Of a stretch of DNA of 64,000 nucleotides, positions 1-8,334 are shown piece after piece (the stretch's first letter is position 1; each line of letters begins with the position of its first letter). This stretch comes from an uncultured Gammaproteobacteria bacterium (GTDB lineage: Bacteria; Patescibacteriota; Patescibacteriia; Magasanikbacterales; UBA922): assembly GCA_964597575.1 (NCBI GenBank), contig CAZQXB010000001.1, positions 530,111 through 594,110 of the forward strand. Direction: 5' to 3'. The notes below the pieces were generated by a model. That model was not told where the DNA came from, searched no databases, and was given only the letters and a program-made list of their open reading frames with translations. A program made the translations under genes and the position numbers.

Positions 1-986
1 CTCTCGACGGTACAGCTACCGGAACCTTTAACTTTCGAGTTACAGATATTGTTGAAGATACCACCGAACAAACACATCTTTTTCTCGACGTACCGGTAAA
101 TGCACAATCCCTTGGAACTATGTCTGTGGGATTTGCTAACACAGCATCAAGTACCACCCCTTCATCGCCCCCTCTCCTCCTTTACGATGAAACAGGTACT
201 GGGCAAATACAAAGTCTACCCCCAGACGCCACCACCGATGAGGAAGACGAAACCGATCTCACCCCACCAACCACTACCGTATCTTTCTTTGGCTCTTTAG
301 GGGATAACGGATGGTATCGGAGTACGACTACGGTTACTCTTGCCTCAACTGATGAAGAAAGCGGAGTCCTTCGTACTATGTATTCTCTTGATCAAGGAAT
401 AACTTGGCAAAGGTACACAGAACCCCTTCTTTTCTCTACAGACGGAAGATTTACGCTCCACTCTTTTAGCATCGACGAAATAGGGAATAGGGAAGAACCC
501 CAGATCATTACTTTCTCTATCGATCAAACCCCACCAGAAGCAGAGTTCTTCTTTGACCCTAAGATCCAAGATATCCGGGTACGAGGAGTAGACTCCATGA
601 CCTCAACCACCGTGTCAACAACTCCAACTACCTACACCATTCGGGATGAGGCCGGAAATACTCTCCAACTTGTCTTTAGGGAAATAAATAGAAGGATACT
701 GAAACGGGCCACTCTTGATAGGCTGGTCTATAATGGTCAAGTGGTAGCACCGAACGCACGTCTCACCTCATTTGTATGGTTAACCAATACAAAAAATGAG
801 ATACTATCACTACAACAAGCATTGCGCTACCAAGCAGATGAAGGGTTGTATGCTCTCTATACCAAAATAGGTAACCGAACGTTTATCCGAGAGCGAGCAA
901 ATTGGAATACCTTTACCGATCGATTTGAGAGTGGAATGAAGGTGTTTCGGTTTGGGACTTATTTGGGTGAGATTATTTATCGTTAA
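1..986 (+). CDS. C-terminal part of a secreted/surface protein with an Ig-like (OmpL47-type) domain; 5' end outside the window
   Basis: Frame is open from position 3 (LDGTATGTFNF...) to the stop at 986. The pattern D-x-TPP-x-T...G.NGWY...V.L...D..SGV....YSLD...Y..P....DG...L...S.D..GN.E is typical of these Ig-like modules. Confidence 0.65.
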   Translation, partial: LDGTATGTFNFRVTDIVEDTTEQTHLFLDVPVNAQSLGTMSVGFANTASSTTPSSPPLLLYDETGTGQIQSLPPDATTDEEDETDLTPPTTTVSFFGSLGDNGWYRSTTTVTLASTDEESGVLRTMYSLDQGITWQRYTEPLLFSTDGRFTLHSFSIDEIGNREEPQIITFSIDQTPPEAEFFFDPKIQDIRVRGVDSMTSTTVSTTPTTYTIRDEAGNTLQLVFREINRRILKRATLDRLVYNGQVVAPNARLTSFVWLTNTKNEILSLQQALRYQADEGLYALYTKIGNRTFIRERANWNTFTDRFESGMKVFRFGTYLGEIIYR

Positions 987-994
987 TTTTTTTT

Positions 995-1285
995 ATGAGC
1001 AGTTCAATGAAAAAATGGATATTCTTAGCGCTATTTTTTGTTTCAAATGTTTTGCCGTATCTCTTCCTTTCTTACCTCAGCTACTTTACAGAAAGAGGAG
1101 CCAGTGTTAACCAGCAACATACCTTTTTAAGTATCATGATGTATGGTGGGCTGGTTACTTTTCTTTTTTCCCTTACTCTTATAAGGGAAAAAAGGATTTG
1201 GGTTTTTTTAGTGGCAATTCTTTCATTTCTAAGTTTTTTAGTAGGTTGGCTCTTTAGATCCTGGAGTATTAATCTTTCGATATAA
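995..1285 (+). CDS. small hypothetical membrane protein (3 TM)
   Basis: 96-aa ORF with three hydrophobic segments, directly after the previous gene. Confidence 0.6.
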   Translation: MSSSMKKWIFLALFFVSNVLPYLFLSYLSYFTERGASVNQQHTFLSIMMYGGLVTFLFSLTLIREKRIWVFLVAILSFLSFLVGWLFRSWSINLSI

Positions 1286-1450
1286 GTAAAAAAGAAAAGC
1301 TCCGCCTTTTCTTATTGCAGCGAACTAAACCAAATCTCTACTCAAAAAAGAGCTGACCTGATTACCCTCGTCGATTGGCAAAAGTGCGGTAGCGAATTTT
1401 AGGATTATTGCGTAATCACTGTACAAAGATTAAAAAGTTTCTGAAAATTT

Positions 1451-1957
1451 ATGAGTAGTTTTGATAAAAAGATATGGACTCTGGTGGGAATCTTCATGCC
1501 CGTTTTTGCGGTGGTTCTTGTTTTAGGTATTGTTTACCTTCCAAGATTACTGCTACAGCCAGAATACAACTTTTTATATGTAGCGAATAGTTATCCTGTG
1601 GGGCCGCAGTATTTTGTCAAAGACCAAGGTCTGCTGAAGATTCAAGAGGAGTATGGCCATAATAGTCTTTGGGAGGTGCCGAAACTATACGTATATGATA
1701 CAAGGAACGACAAAAGTAAAGAAGTTTCTTACGAGGAAGCCATGAAATTCAAATTGGATTCGAGTAATACTGCCCCTGATGGTTATAAAATTATAAGACG
1801 TAAAGAAGGGGAGTCTGGGAGCAGGTCTATTTTTTCGTATGAGAGGTCTGTGATTTCTCACTATATTAGGGGTAAGGGATTATTTAAGAGATTGAAATTA
1901 CAGGGTCAAAGTAGGTTTTTCGACCTCGTCTACTTTGTTGGTTGGATTAAAAGTTAA
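1451..1957 (+). CDS. hypothetical protein with N-terminal membrane anchor
   Basis: 168-aa ORF, one N-terminal TM, 5 nt from the next gene. Confidence 0.65.
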   Translation: MSSFDKKIWTLVGIFMPVFAVVLVLGIVYLPRLLLQPEYNFLYVANSYPVGPQYFVKDQGLLKIQEEYGHNSLWEVPKLYVYDTRNDKSKEVSYEEAMKFKLDSSNTAPDGYKIIRRKEGESGSRSIFSYERSVISHYIRGKGLFKRLKLQGQSRFFDLVYFVGWIKS

Positions 1958-1962
1958 TTATT

Positions 1963-2955
1963 ATGTTGATTAAAAAAGACGTGCTACAGGGAATTTCCAT
2001 TCTTGCTGAGAGCAAACAGCTCACAAAGAAAGAAGTTATTGATGCATTTGTTGGTAAATCAGCAGATAACGGTAACGCAATGGGAAGAGTATCTCGTATC
2101 GCTGAAACCTTTTACTTTATCGGTGCCTCCATTGTTGTTCTTGGTGTGGCTCTTCTTGTCTTTCAAAATTGGACTTTACTTTCAAGTACCGTAAAGGTGT
2201 TAGTAACGATTGGTGTGGCTATTTTCACGTATATTACGGGGGTTTTAGTTGCTCAAAATAAGAATCTTGGAAGAATTGGTGACGCATTTCAATTAATATC
2301 GGGCCTACTCATGCCTGTAGGTCTGGGCGTCCTGTTTAGTAATGCAAATTTGAATCCCACTTCCTATGAATGTCAAATAGTAAGTTCCTTTCTGCTATTC
2401 ATCTCTTATATCTTTTCCTTTTCAATTTTTAGAAAAAATATTTTTATCTTATTCTCCATTTTTTTTGGAGGTTGGTTATTTTTTAGCCTTACGGGTTTCG
2501 TGGCAAAGGAGTGGCTCATGTTAGATCAAACTGAACATTTTTTTGAATACAGGGCTTTTATTGTCGGATTTTTTTACATGTGTCTCGGGTATAAATTTTC
2601 AAATAATCGAATATCTTCCCTCAGTGGATTCCTGTACGGCCTCGGTTCTAGTAGTTTTCTTGGCTCATCATTTCTTATTAGTGGACTTGGCTACAACCAA
2701 AATTTAGTTTGGAATTTTATTTTCCCCGTAATAGTATTTTTTGTCTTGTTGGCCGGGGCATATATAAGGAGTAAGTCCTTTTTCGTTATTGGAACAGTTT
2801 TTCTTATCCTTTTTATTTTAAAGATAACTTTTAAATATTTTGCTCAAGAATTAGGATGGTCGTCTGCTTTAGTTATGGCCGGCTTTTTTATAATTGGAGC
2901 AGGGTATTTGGTCATCTATCTTAAAAAGAGGTGCTGGGGCAGAGTTCGTATATAG
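1963..2955 (+). CDS. DUF2157-like polytopic membrane protein
   Basis: The N-terminal FYFIGASIVVLGVALLVFQNW..LS...KV pattern resembles DUF2157; about 10 TM segments. Confidence 0.65.
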   Translation: MLIKKDVLQGISILAESKQLTKKEVIDAFVGKSADNGNAMGRVSRIAETFYFIGASIVVLGVALLVFQNWTLLSSTVKVLVTIGVAIFTYITGVLVAQNKNLGRIGDAFQLISGLLMPVGLGVLFSNANLNPTSYECQIVSSFLLFISYIFSFSIFRKNIFILFSIFFGGWLFFSLTGFVAKEWLMLDQTEHFFEYRAFIVGFFYMCLGYKFSNNRISSLSGFLYGLGSSSFLGSSFLISGLGYNQNLVWNFIFPVIVFFVLLAGAYIRSKSFFVIGTVFLILFILKITFKYFAQELGWSSALVMAGFFIIGAGYLVIYLKKRCWGRVRI

Positions 2956-2961
2956 AAATGT

Positions 2962-3406
2962 TTGTCAAAAAAGGTCACCATTAAAGACATCGAACGAGTC
3001 GATCAGCCGCGAGAAAAACTTATTGCCTACAGACCAGAAAAGTTATCTACATCGGAACTCCCAGTAGTTCTTCTTTGTGCTGGGAAAAAGGCTAGAACGT
3101 TCTTGAGATGTCCAGGTGCATTATTCATCGTTAGGCACGCTTACCACAACTCTGCTTCATCCAAGGGAGCTGTTCGAACCAGCCATCCGGGTCTACGCGG
3201 CGAGTATTCTACTATCCCACAATCATCCTTCCGGTGAAACTGAACCCTCAAGTGACGATATCTCCGCCACCAGACGCATCGTAGAGGCGGGAAAGATTTT
3301 GGGGATTGAGCTTCTTGATCATGTTATTGTGATGAAAGAAAAATGGTTCAGCATGAGGGAAAAAGGGCTTTTAAATAAGCGCGATTTAATTGGAAGATGT
3401 GCCTAA
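2962..3406 (+). pseudogene. radC: RadC (JAB/MPN domain) pseudogene
   Basis: N-terminal RadC motif (IKD....DQPREKL..Y..EKLS.SEL) in one frame and JAB domain (GTL....LHPRELF...ILLSHNHPSG..EPS.DD...LLDHVIV) in another. Frameshifts, a TAG and loss of the central HhH region lie between them. Confidence 0.85.
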
Positions 3407-3444
3407 CATTCTCCGCTAGCCAGCTCCACGAAAAGAAGAAGGAA

Positions 3445-3471
3445 GATACTGCTAACGATAGCGGTATTTTT
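3445..3471 (+). terminator. intrinsic terminator
   Basis: GATACTGCTA-acga-TAGCGGTATT hairpin followed by a T run. Confidence 0.6.
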
Positions 3472-3667
3472 AGTTTGAAATTTCTTAACATGCATCGGGG
3501 ATTAGCAGTAAAGGGCAAGCTGCAATTTTAATTTATCCACATCACCTCCTTGACGTGACATACATTTTCTGTTAAGCTCATCTATTGGCCAAAAATGAGT
3601 ACTCCATACAACTCCCGTCGATCTTCAACTGGGTTAGTAAGAAACCCCATAACCGGGAGCACTCATC

Positions 3668-4228
3668 ATGGCAAAACATCAAAACAACAATCATCTTCTT
3701 CTCAACGATCTCATGGCTCGCGAATCGCAGGCCACGTTCGAGTACGTTGTGAAAGAACAGCTCACATCTCAAGGAGCGTATATTTTTATCACGTGTTTGA
3801 CGTGTGGAAGTGCCCTGCCTGAGCAGCCAGCGGAGCTGCAAATGGGTCCCTTAACCATCGAGGTCCATCCGGACGTCGAAGGTAAAAAGGATCACCATTT
3901 TTGCGGTCCTCAGTGTTTGCTTACTTGGCTTTGTCGGCCAGAAAGTGAATCTGGGCTTTCGTGGTTTCCGCGAAAACACTTTAAGCGTTACTATCGTACG
4001 GAGTACGATGGTTGCTTATGGTGTGACCGTTTCAGCTCTTCTCCAAAAGCAGTCGGGCCCTTTCTTAAAGTCAGTGGTCCGTGTGCTTCACTTTTCCATT
4101 TTTCCTCGCAGAAACTGCATCTTTTCTGCAAGGTTGAATGCCTGAAATACGGCCTTCAAGAAGAACTTGCAAATCTTCAAAACATGGAAGAGGTGGGTCC
4201 TTGGTATGACCTCTTTCCTCGGGGGTAA
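3668..4228 (+). CDS. hypothetical protein with two tandem CxxC...FCxxxC putative zinc-finger modules
   Basis: CLTC...HHFCGPQCL and CLWC...HLFCKVECL; upstream TTGACG/TAAGCT promoter-like pair. Confidence 0.6.
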   Translation: MAKHQNNNHLLLNDLMARESQATFEYVVKEQLTSQGAYIFITCLTCGSALPEQPAELQMGPLTIEVHPDVEGKKDHHFCGPQCLLTWLCRPESESGLSWFPRKHFKRYYRTEYDGCLWCDRFSSSPKAVGPFLKVSGPCASLFHFSSQKLHLFCKVECLKYGLQEELANLQNMEEVGPWYDLFPRG

Positions 4229-4325
4229 CTAAGGTAGGGGTTATCTCGGACACCTCTTGAAAGATTACATTGCAGTGCCACAGTACACAAACTCACGACA
4301 AGGAATCTTGAGAAAGGGATTCGGC

Positions 4326-4508
4326 ATGATTCACGATCAAGAAAAAGAGCTCCTGGCTCTTTGGGAAGAACTTGCTCGCACGTTCCACGACCATAGAGAA
4401 GTGATGGTTAGTAGCTTCGTAGCAAGTGGTATTGATGAGCCACTGAACGACCAGAAACGTGAACTTGTACGGCGTCTGGCAGAGCCAGAAGAGGGCGACA
4501 GTCAGTAG
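4326..4508 (+). CDS. small hypothetical protein
   Basis: 60-aa helical-looking ORF (ATG at 4326) followed by hairpins and a terminator. Confidence 0.4.
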   Translation: MIHDQEKELLALWEELARTFHDHREVMVSSFVASGIDEPLNDQKRELVRRLAEPEEGDSQ

Positions 4509-4620
4509 GTTCAGCTCACTTCTCTCGACCCACCAGATTCTCTGGTGGGTATATATGTGCGACACCGGTTCTCACATCTCGGAGACATGTATGCAGCTTG
4601 CGCCATGTCTCCGCAATCCA

Positions 4621-4650
4621 AAAGATCATCTCGATTGAGGTGATTTTTTG
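4621..4650 (+). terminator. intrinsic terminator
   Basis: AAAGATCATCTC-gatt-GAGGTGATTTTT hairpin plus T run. Confidence 0.65.
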
Positions 4651-4705
4651 TTTTATTGAAATAGTTAGTCTGTGTTAAACTAACTATACAGTTATATTCA
4701 GAGCT

Positions 4706-5137
4706 ATGTCGGTACAAAAATTTTTTACACAGGAAATATTGTTACGTAAAACAGGCCAATTAACTATTCCCGTGTTTTTGACTATCGGATCAATTGTGGC
4801 GTTTCTTGGATATGGTTTTGGTATCTTTATATCGCAGATTGCAGGGTTCCCTGCGCCGTATGAGTATGCCGGCTTAGTAGGCTATGAAGCTGCTGCGTTA
4901 TTTGGTGGTATGTTTGGAGCCGCGTGTGCATCCCTTTGTTTTATTTTCTTTTGGCTTAAGGGATTAGGCTTACGGCCGTGGATGATGGGAGTGTATACGT
5001 TAGTATGGTTAGTTTCATTGGGTGCATTACGCTACACTGATCAAGTGTTTCAAAATACTGCCATTGTGTATGTGCTTTTTCCGATTATTATAATTTCTTT
5101 AGTAATTACAGCATTTTTACTTAGGAATAATAAGTAG
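4706..5137 (+). CDS. hypothetical membrane protein (4 TM)
   Basis: 143-aa ORF with four hydrophobic helices. Confidence 0.65.
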   Translation: MSVQKFFTQEILLRKTGQLTIPVFLTIGSIVAFLGYGFGIFISQIAGFPAPYEYAGLVGYEAAALFGGMFGAACASLCFIFFWLKGLGLRPWMMGVYTLVWLVSLGALRYTDQVFQNTAIVYVLFPIIIISLVITAFLLRNNK

Positions 5138-5279
5138 GTTTATTTTAAAGGTATAGTGAGCCAGCCAGGGGGTATTCTTAACCTCAGTCCCAATATCATT
5201 CACCAACCAGCTTATAACAAAAAAGCCCCCTAGAAGTGGGGCGGGGCAGCTTGGGAGGCCATTCTCCGCGAAGCTGCCT

Positions 5280-5432
5280 TCATCGACGCTTATCCTTTCT
5301 CGGGGATACGAGACCTGATACGACATTGACCACGAGAACGAATCCGAACAGGCCGAAACGAACAATGTCAGTCTTCGCCTCCTTCTTGGTCACCTCCCAG
5401 TATGAGCCTTCATTGGTTTTTTGACCCCTCAT
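5280..5432 (-). CDS. 50-aa small membrane protein (below the ORF-track cutoff)
   Basis: MRGQKTNEGSYWEVTKKEAKTDIVRFGLFGFVLVVNVVSGLVSPRKDKRR*; one TM, basic tail; minus-strand GCCCC..GGGGC-T6 terminator at about 5219-5246. Confidence 0.45.
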   Translation of the reverse strand: MRGQKTNEGSYWEVTKKEAKTDIVRFGLFGFVLVVNVVSGLVSPRKDKRR

Positions 5433-5595
5433 ATCTTTAGTTGATCATATTTATTTTGTGCGTGCAAGTGGGGTGCGCTTCATTGTAGGTAAATAAGGTT
5501 CAAGGCGAAGGAGTATGGGGGTGGCTGGGTGCCGACGAATATGAAAGGGCGGATGGTTACGATTGCGTATACGGTGTTTGCCATTTATAACAGCC

Positions 5596-5718
5596 TTGAT
5601 TTCGTTCAAATATTCTGGTAAACTTCACTATTATTCGTAACCACAGCTATGAAACTGTAATACCAATCTCTTCGGTATTTAGCGTCTGACCATTGTCGGG
5701 CGAGTTTCATGTTGTGTT
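5596..5718 (+). promoter_or_regulatory. sigma70 promoter and structured leader with MKL uORF upstream of the ABC-F gene
   Basis: TTGATT (5596) -17 nt- TAAACT (5619). uORF ATG AAA CTG TAA at 5649-5660. 5642-5656 pairs with 5703-5716, just before the start codon. Confidence 0.65.
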
Positions 5719-7119
5719 ATGTCAACTTCTGTTATTTCTTGTCGCAAGGTCGGCAAGTCATTTGATGGTGTCCTTTTGTTTGAAAACGTTACCTTTATCG
5801 TACGTCGGGGCGAGCGAGTAGGATTTATCGGGGCAAATGGGTCGGGAAAGTCCACCTTGCTTAGTATGATTATGAGTGAAACACCAGTTGATACCGGTGT
5901 TGTTTCGGTTGAGCGTGGGGTACATGTGGTGTACGTGCCTCAAACCGTTCTTGATGCTTCAGAAAAAAGTGGAGGAGAAAAAATGAAAGCACGGTTACGG
6001 ACTGCTTTTACAGCGCCAGCTGATGTATATCTTCTTGATGAACCAACGAATAACTTGGATAAAGAAGGTATTGCTATGCTTGAGGCGTTTATGGAGAAAA
6101 GTCAGGCAGCGTTTATTCTCGTATCACATGACCGGGCATTTTTAGAACGGCAAGTAACGAAAATACTTTATTTGGATGCCTATGAAAAAGCGCTTCATGT
6201 ATACGACGGAACCTATTCTGATTTTGTGCGTGAGCATAGAGAACAGGTTGATCGCGCGTGGAGAGTGTATGAGGCGAAAGAGAAAAAAGTGCAAAGAATA
6301 GAAAAGTCGATGGTGCAAAAAGGAGAGTGGGTTGCTCGAACCGTAGAGCAACGGTTGGGGAATAAAAAATTACCAAAGTACGTTCAGAAACCACGAGCTG
6401 CAGATTTGCGTGATGTGGAAGGACGCATGGGTCGACGCGGACGCATTCTCCGTGACCGCTTAGAGAAGGTGAAAGAAGGGTTAGAACATGCGCCGCCACC
6501 GAGAATGCTTCGGCTGCCTCGGCTTGATTTTACAGGAGCTGTAAGAAGCGGGGAATTGGTGTTTGAAGTAACTGATGCAAAAATGCGGCACGCCGGTGCT
6601 GCAACACAAGAAATTAATTTGCGTATTTCATACGGTGATCGCATTCGGTTGGTTGGTCCAAATGGTGCCGGCAAAACCACTCTCATTGAAGCGCTTATTG
6701 GTAAGCGGGAAGCGGTGAGTGGTCAGGTTCGTCGTGGTGCTGGGCTTGTGGTCGCGTATATGTCACAAGATCAAGTTGTTCACGACGGTGAAACGCTTCT
6801 TCAGGCAGGTTTGCGTATTTCGGAACAAGAAGAACATGAGGTGCGTGAGTTACTCCATATTTGGGGTTTTTCTCCCGACGCAATGGCGCAACCGGTAAGT
6901 TTGCTGAGCCAAGGAGAGCGCTCGCGTTTACTTCTTTCTATGTTCGAGCTCAAAAAACCAAATTGTATTATTCTCGATGAGCCGACGAACCATTTGGATT
7001 TAGAAGCTATGGAAACTCTTGAGGGTGCGCTACGTGAGTTTAATGGAACGCTTATTGTGGCAAGTCATGATGAGTATTTTATTGAGCGGATTGGGATTAC
7101 AAAAACATACTCGTTCTAA
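5719..7119 (+). CDS. ABC-F family ribosome-associated ATPase, ARE (Msr/Vga/CplR)-like architecture
   Basis: Two NBDs (GANGSGKS, GPNGAGKT; LDEPTNNLD, LDEPTNHLD), no TM, truncated arm in NBD1, long interdomain linker. Confidence 0.85.
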   Translation: MSTSVISCRKVGKSFDGVLLFENVTFIVRRGERVGFIGANGSGKSTLLSMIMSETPVDTGVVSVERGVHVVYVPQTVLDASEKSGGEKMKARLRTAFTAPADVYLLDEPTNNLDKEGIAMLEAFMEKSQAAFILVSHDRAFLERQVTKILYLDAYEKALHVYDGTYSDFVREHREQVDRAWRVYEAKEKKVQRIEKSMVQKGEWVARTVEQRLGNKKLPKYVQKPRAADLRDVEGRMGRRGRILRDRLEKVKEGLEHAPPPRMLRLPRLDFTGAVRSGELVFEVTDAKMRHAGAATQEINLRISYGDRIRLVGPNGAGKTTLIEALIGKREAVSGQVRRGAGLVVAYMSQDQVVHDGETLLQAGLRISEQEEHEVRELLHIWGFSPDAMAQPVSLLSQGERSRLLLSMFELKKPNCIILDEPTNHLDLEAMETLEGALREFNGTLIVASHDEYFIERIGITKTYSF

Positions 7120-7191
7120 AGTAAAATTCTTTCGTGACGGAAATGGATTTAAGTTCTTTTTTCTTGTATTCTGTAGGTGCTATTTCTGCAC

Positions 7192-7734
7192 ATGTCTACC
7201 ACTCCCTCCTACACTTTAAAACACCGCCTGGGTACCCGTCGTATCCGCTTAACCGTTCGTTCAAACGGCCAGGTTGTGGTTACGGCACCGCGCCGAGCAC
7301 CCAAAGAAATGATTGATACATTTGTGGCGGAGCAAGCCGCGTGGATCGAGCAAACGGTGGCGACGCTTGCAAAAAAGAAACAGGCTATTCCAGCTCCTCC
7401 GGGAATGCAAACAAGTTATTTGGCGTGTAAAGCCCGGGCGATGAAGCTCGTCAAAGCCCGTATCGCCGTGTACAATAAATACTATGGGTTTACGGTAAAG
7501 CGAGTAGTGATTAAAAACCATTCGTCGAAGTGGGGGAGCTGCTCTTCCAAAGGAAATTTGAACTTCAACTATCGAATTCTCTTTTTGCCAGAAACACTCG
7601 TCGATTATATTGTGGTTCATGAATTGTGTCATCTGAAAGAAATGAATCACTCAAAAGCATTTTGGGCATTGGTGAAACAAACCGTGCCGTATCACGAAGC
7701 ACGTCGAAAAGAATTACGCACCTATCATTGGTAA
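7192..7734 (+). CDS. YgjP/DUF45 (SprT-like, often annotated M48) metal-dependent hydrolase
   Basis: KWGSCS...LNFN...DYIVVHELCHLKEMNHSKAFW. Confidence 0.85.
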   Translation: MSTTPSYTLKHRLGTRRIRLTVRSNGQVVVTAPRRAPKEMIDTFVAEQAAWIEQTVATLAKKKQAIPAPPGMQTSYLACKARAMKLVKARIAVYNKYYGFTVKRVVIKNHSSKWGSCSSKGNLNFNYRILFLPETLVDYIVVHELCHLKEMNHSKAFWALVKQTVPYHEARRKELRTYHW

Positions 7735-7749
7735 TTAAACTGAATGTGT

Positions 7750-8259
7750 ATGGATGTTTTTTCCCATGGCCTTTGGGGCGGGGCTGCCTTTGGCAGAGAA
7801 AATAAAAAAATGTTTTGGTCGGCAGTAGCTTTTGGTGTTGGGCCAGATATATTTTCGTTTGGAATTTTTACGGTTGCAACCATGCTCGGCATCGTGCCTC
7901 GCCCCGATTGGTCAGCTGGTCCGCCACCAGAATCACTCATCCCTTCCTATGTGCACAGTCTCTACGACATGACTCATAGCTTGGTCGTGTTTGCTGCGGT
8001 GTTCTTTATCGTGTGGGGCGTTCGCAAAAAACCATTCCTACCGATGCTTGCTTGGCCACTTCATATCATCCTCGATATTCCGACCCATACCACCGCCTTT
8101 TTTTCGACTCCGTTTCTCTGGCCCCTTCCTCACCCGCATGTAAATGGGGTATCATGGTCGCATCCGCTCATCTTTTGGCCGAACTGGGTCGCCCTTATCA
8201 CGGTGTATAGTATTTGGGGCTTGCGCGTATGGAGAAAGTCAAAAAAGGCTAAAATATAA
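7750..8259 (+). CDS. membrane-bound metal-dependent hydrolase-like protein
   Basis: SHGLWG...GPD...THSL...LHIILDIPTH...PFLWP pattern (YdjM-like). Confidence 0.65.
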   Translation: MDVFSHGLWGGAAFGRENKKMFWSAVAFGVGPDIFSFGIFTVATMLGIVPRPDWSAGPPPESLIPSYVHSLYDMTHSLVVFAAVFFIVWGVRKKPFLPMLAWPLHIILDIPTHTTAFFSTPFLWPLPHPHVNGVSWSHPLIFWPNWVALITVYSIWGLRVWRKSKKAKI

Positions 8260-8334
8260 CAAAAAATCGCCCTAAAAATGGCGAAAGACACAAGACGGAT
8301 TATACCATAAAAACACGCTTTTGTCAAGGGCTGT

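Noticed and set aside
5117-5424. ORF-track calls 5117-5365 (-) and 5236-5424 (+)
   Set aside because: They cross hairpin/terminator sequence; the 5280-5432 minus ORF fits the terminator better
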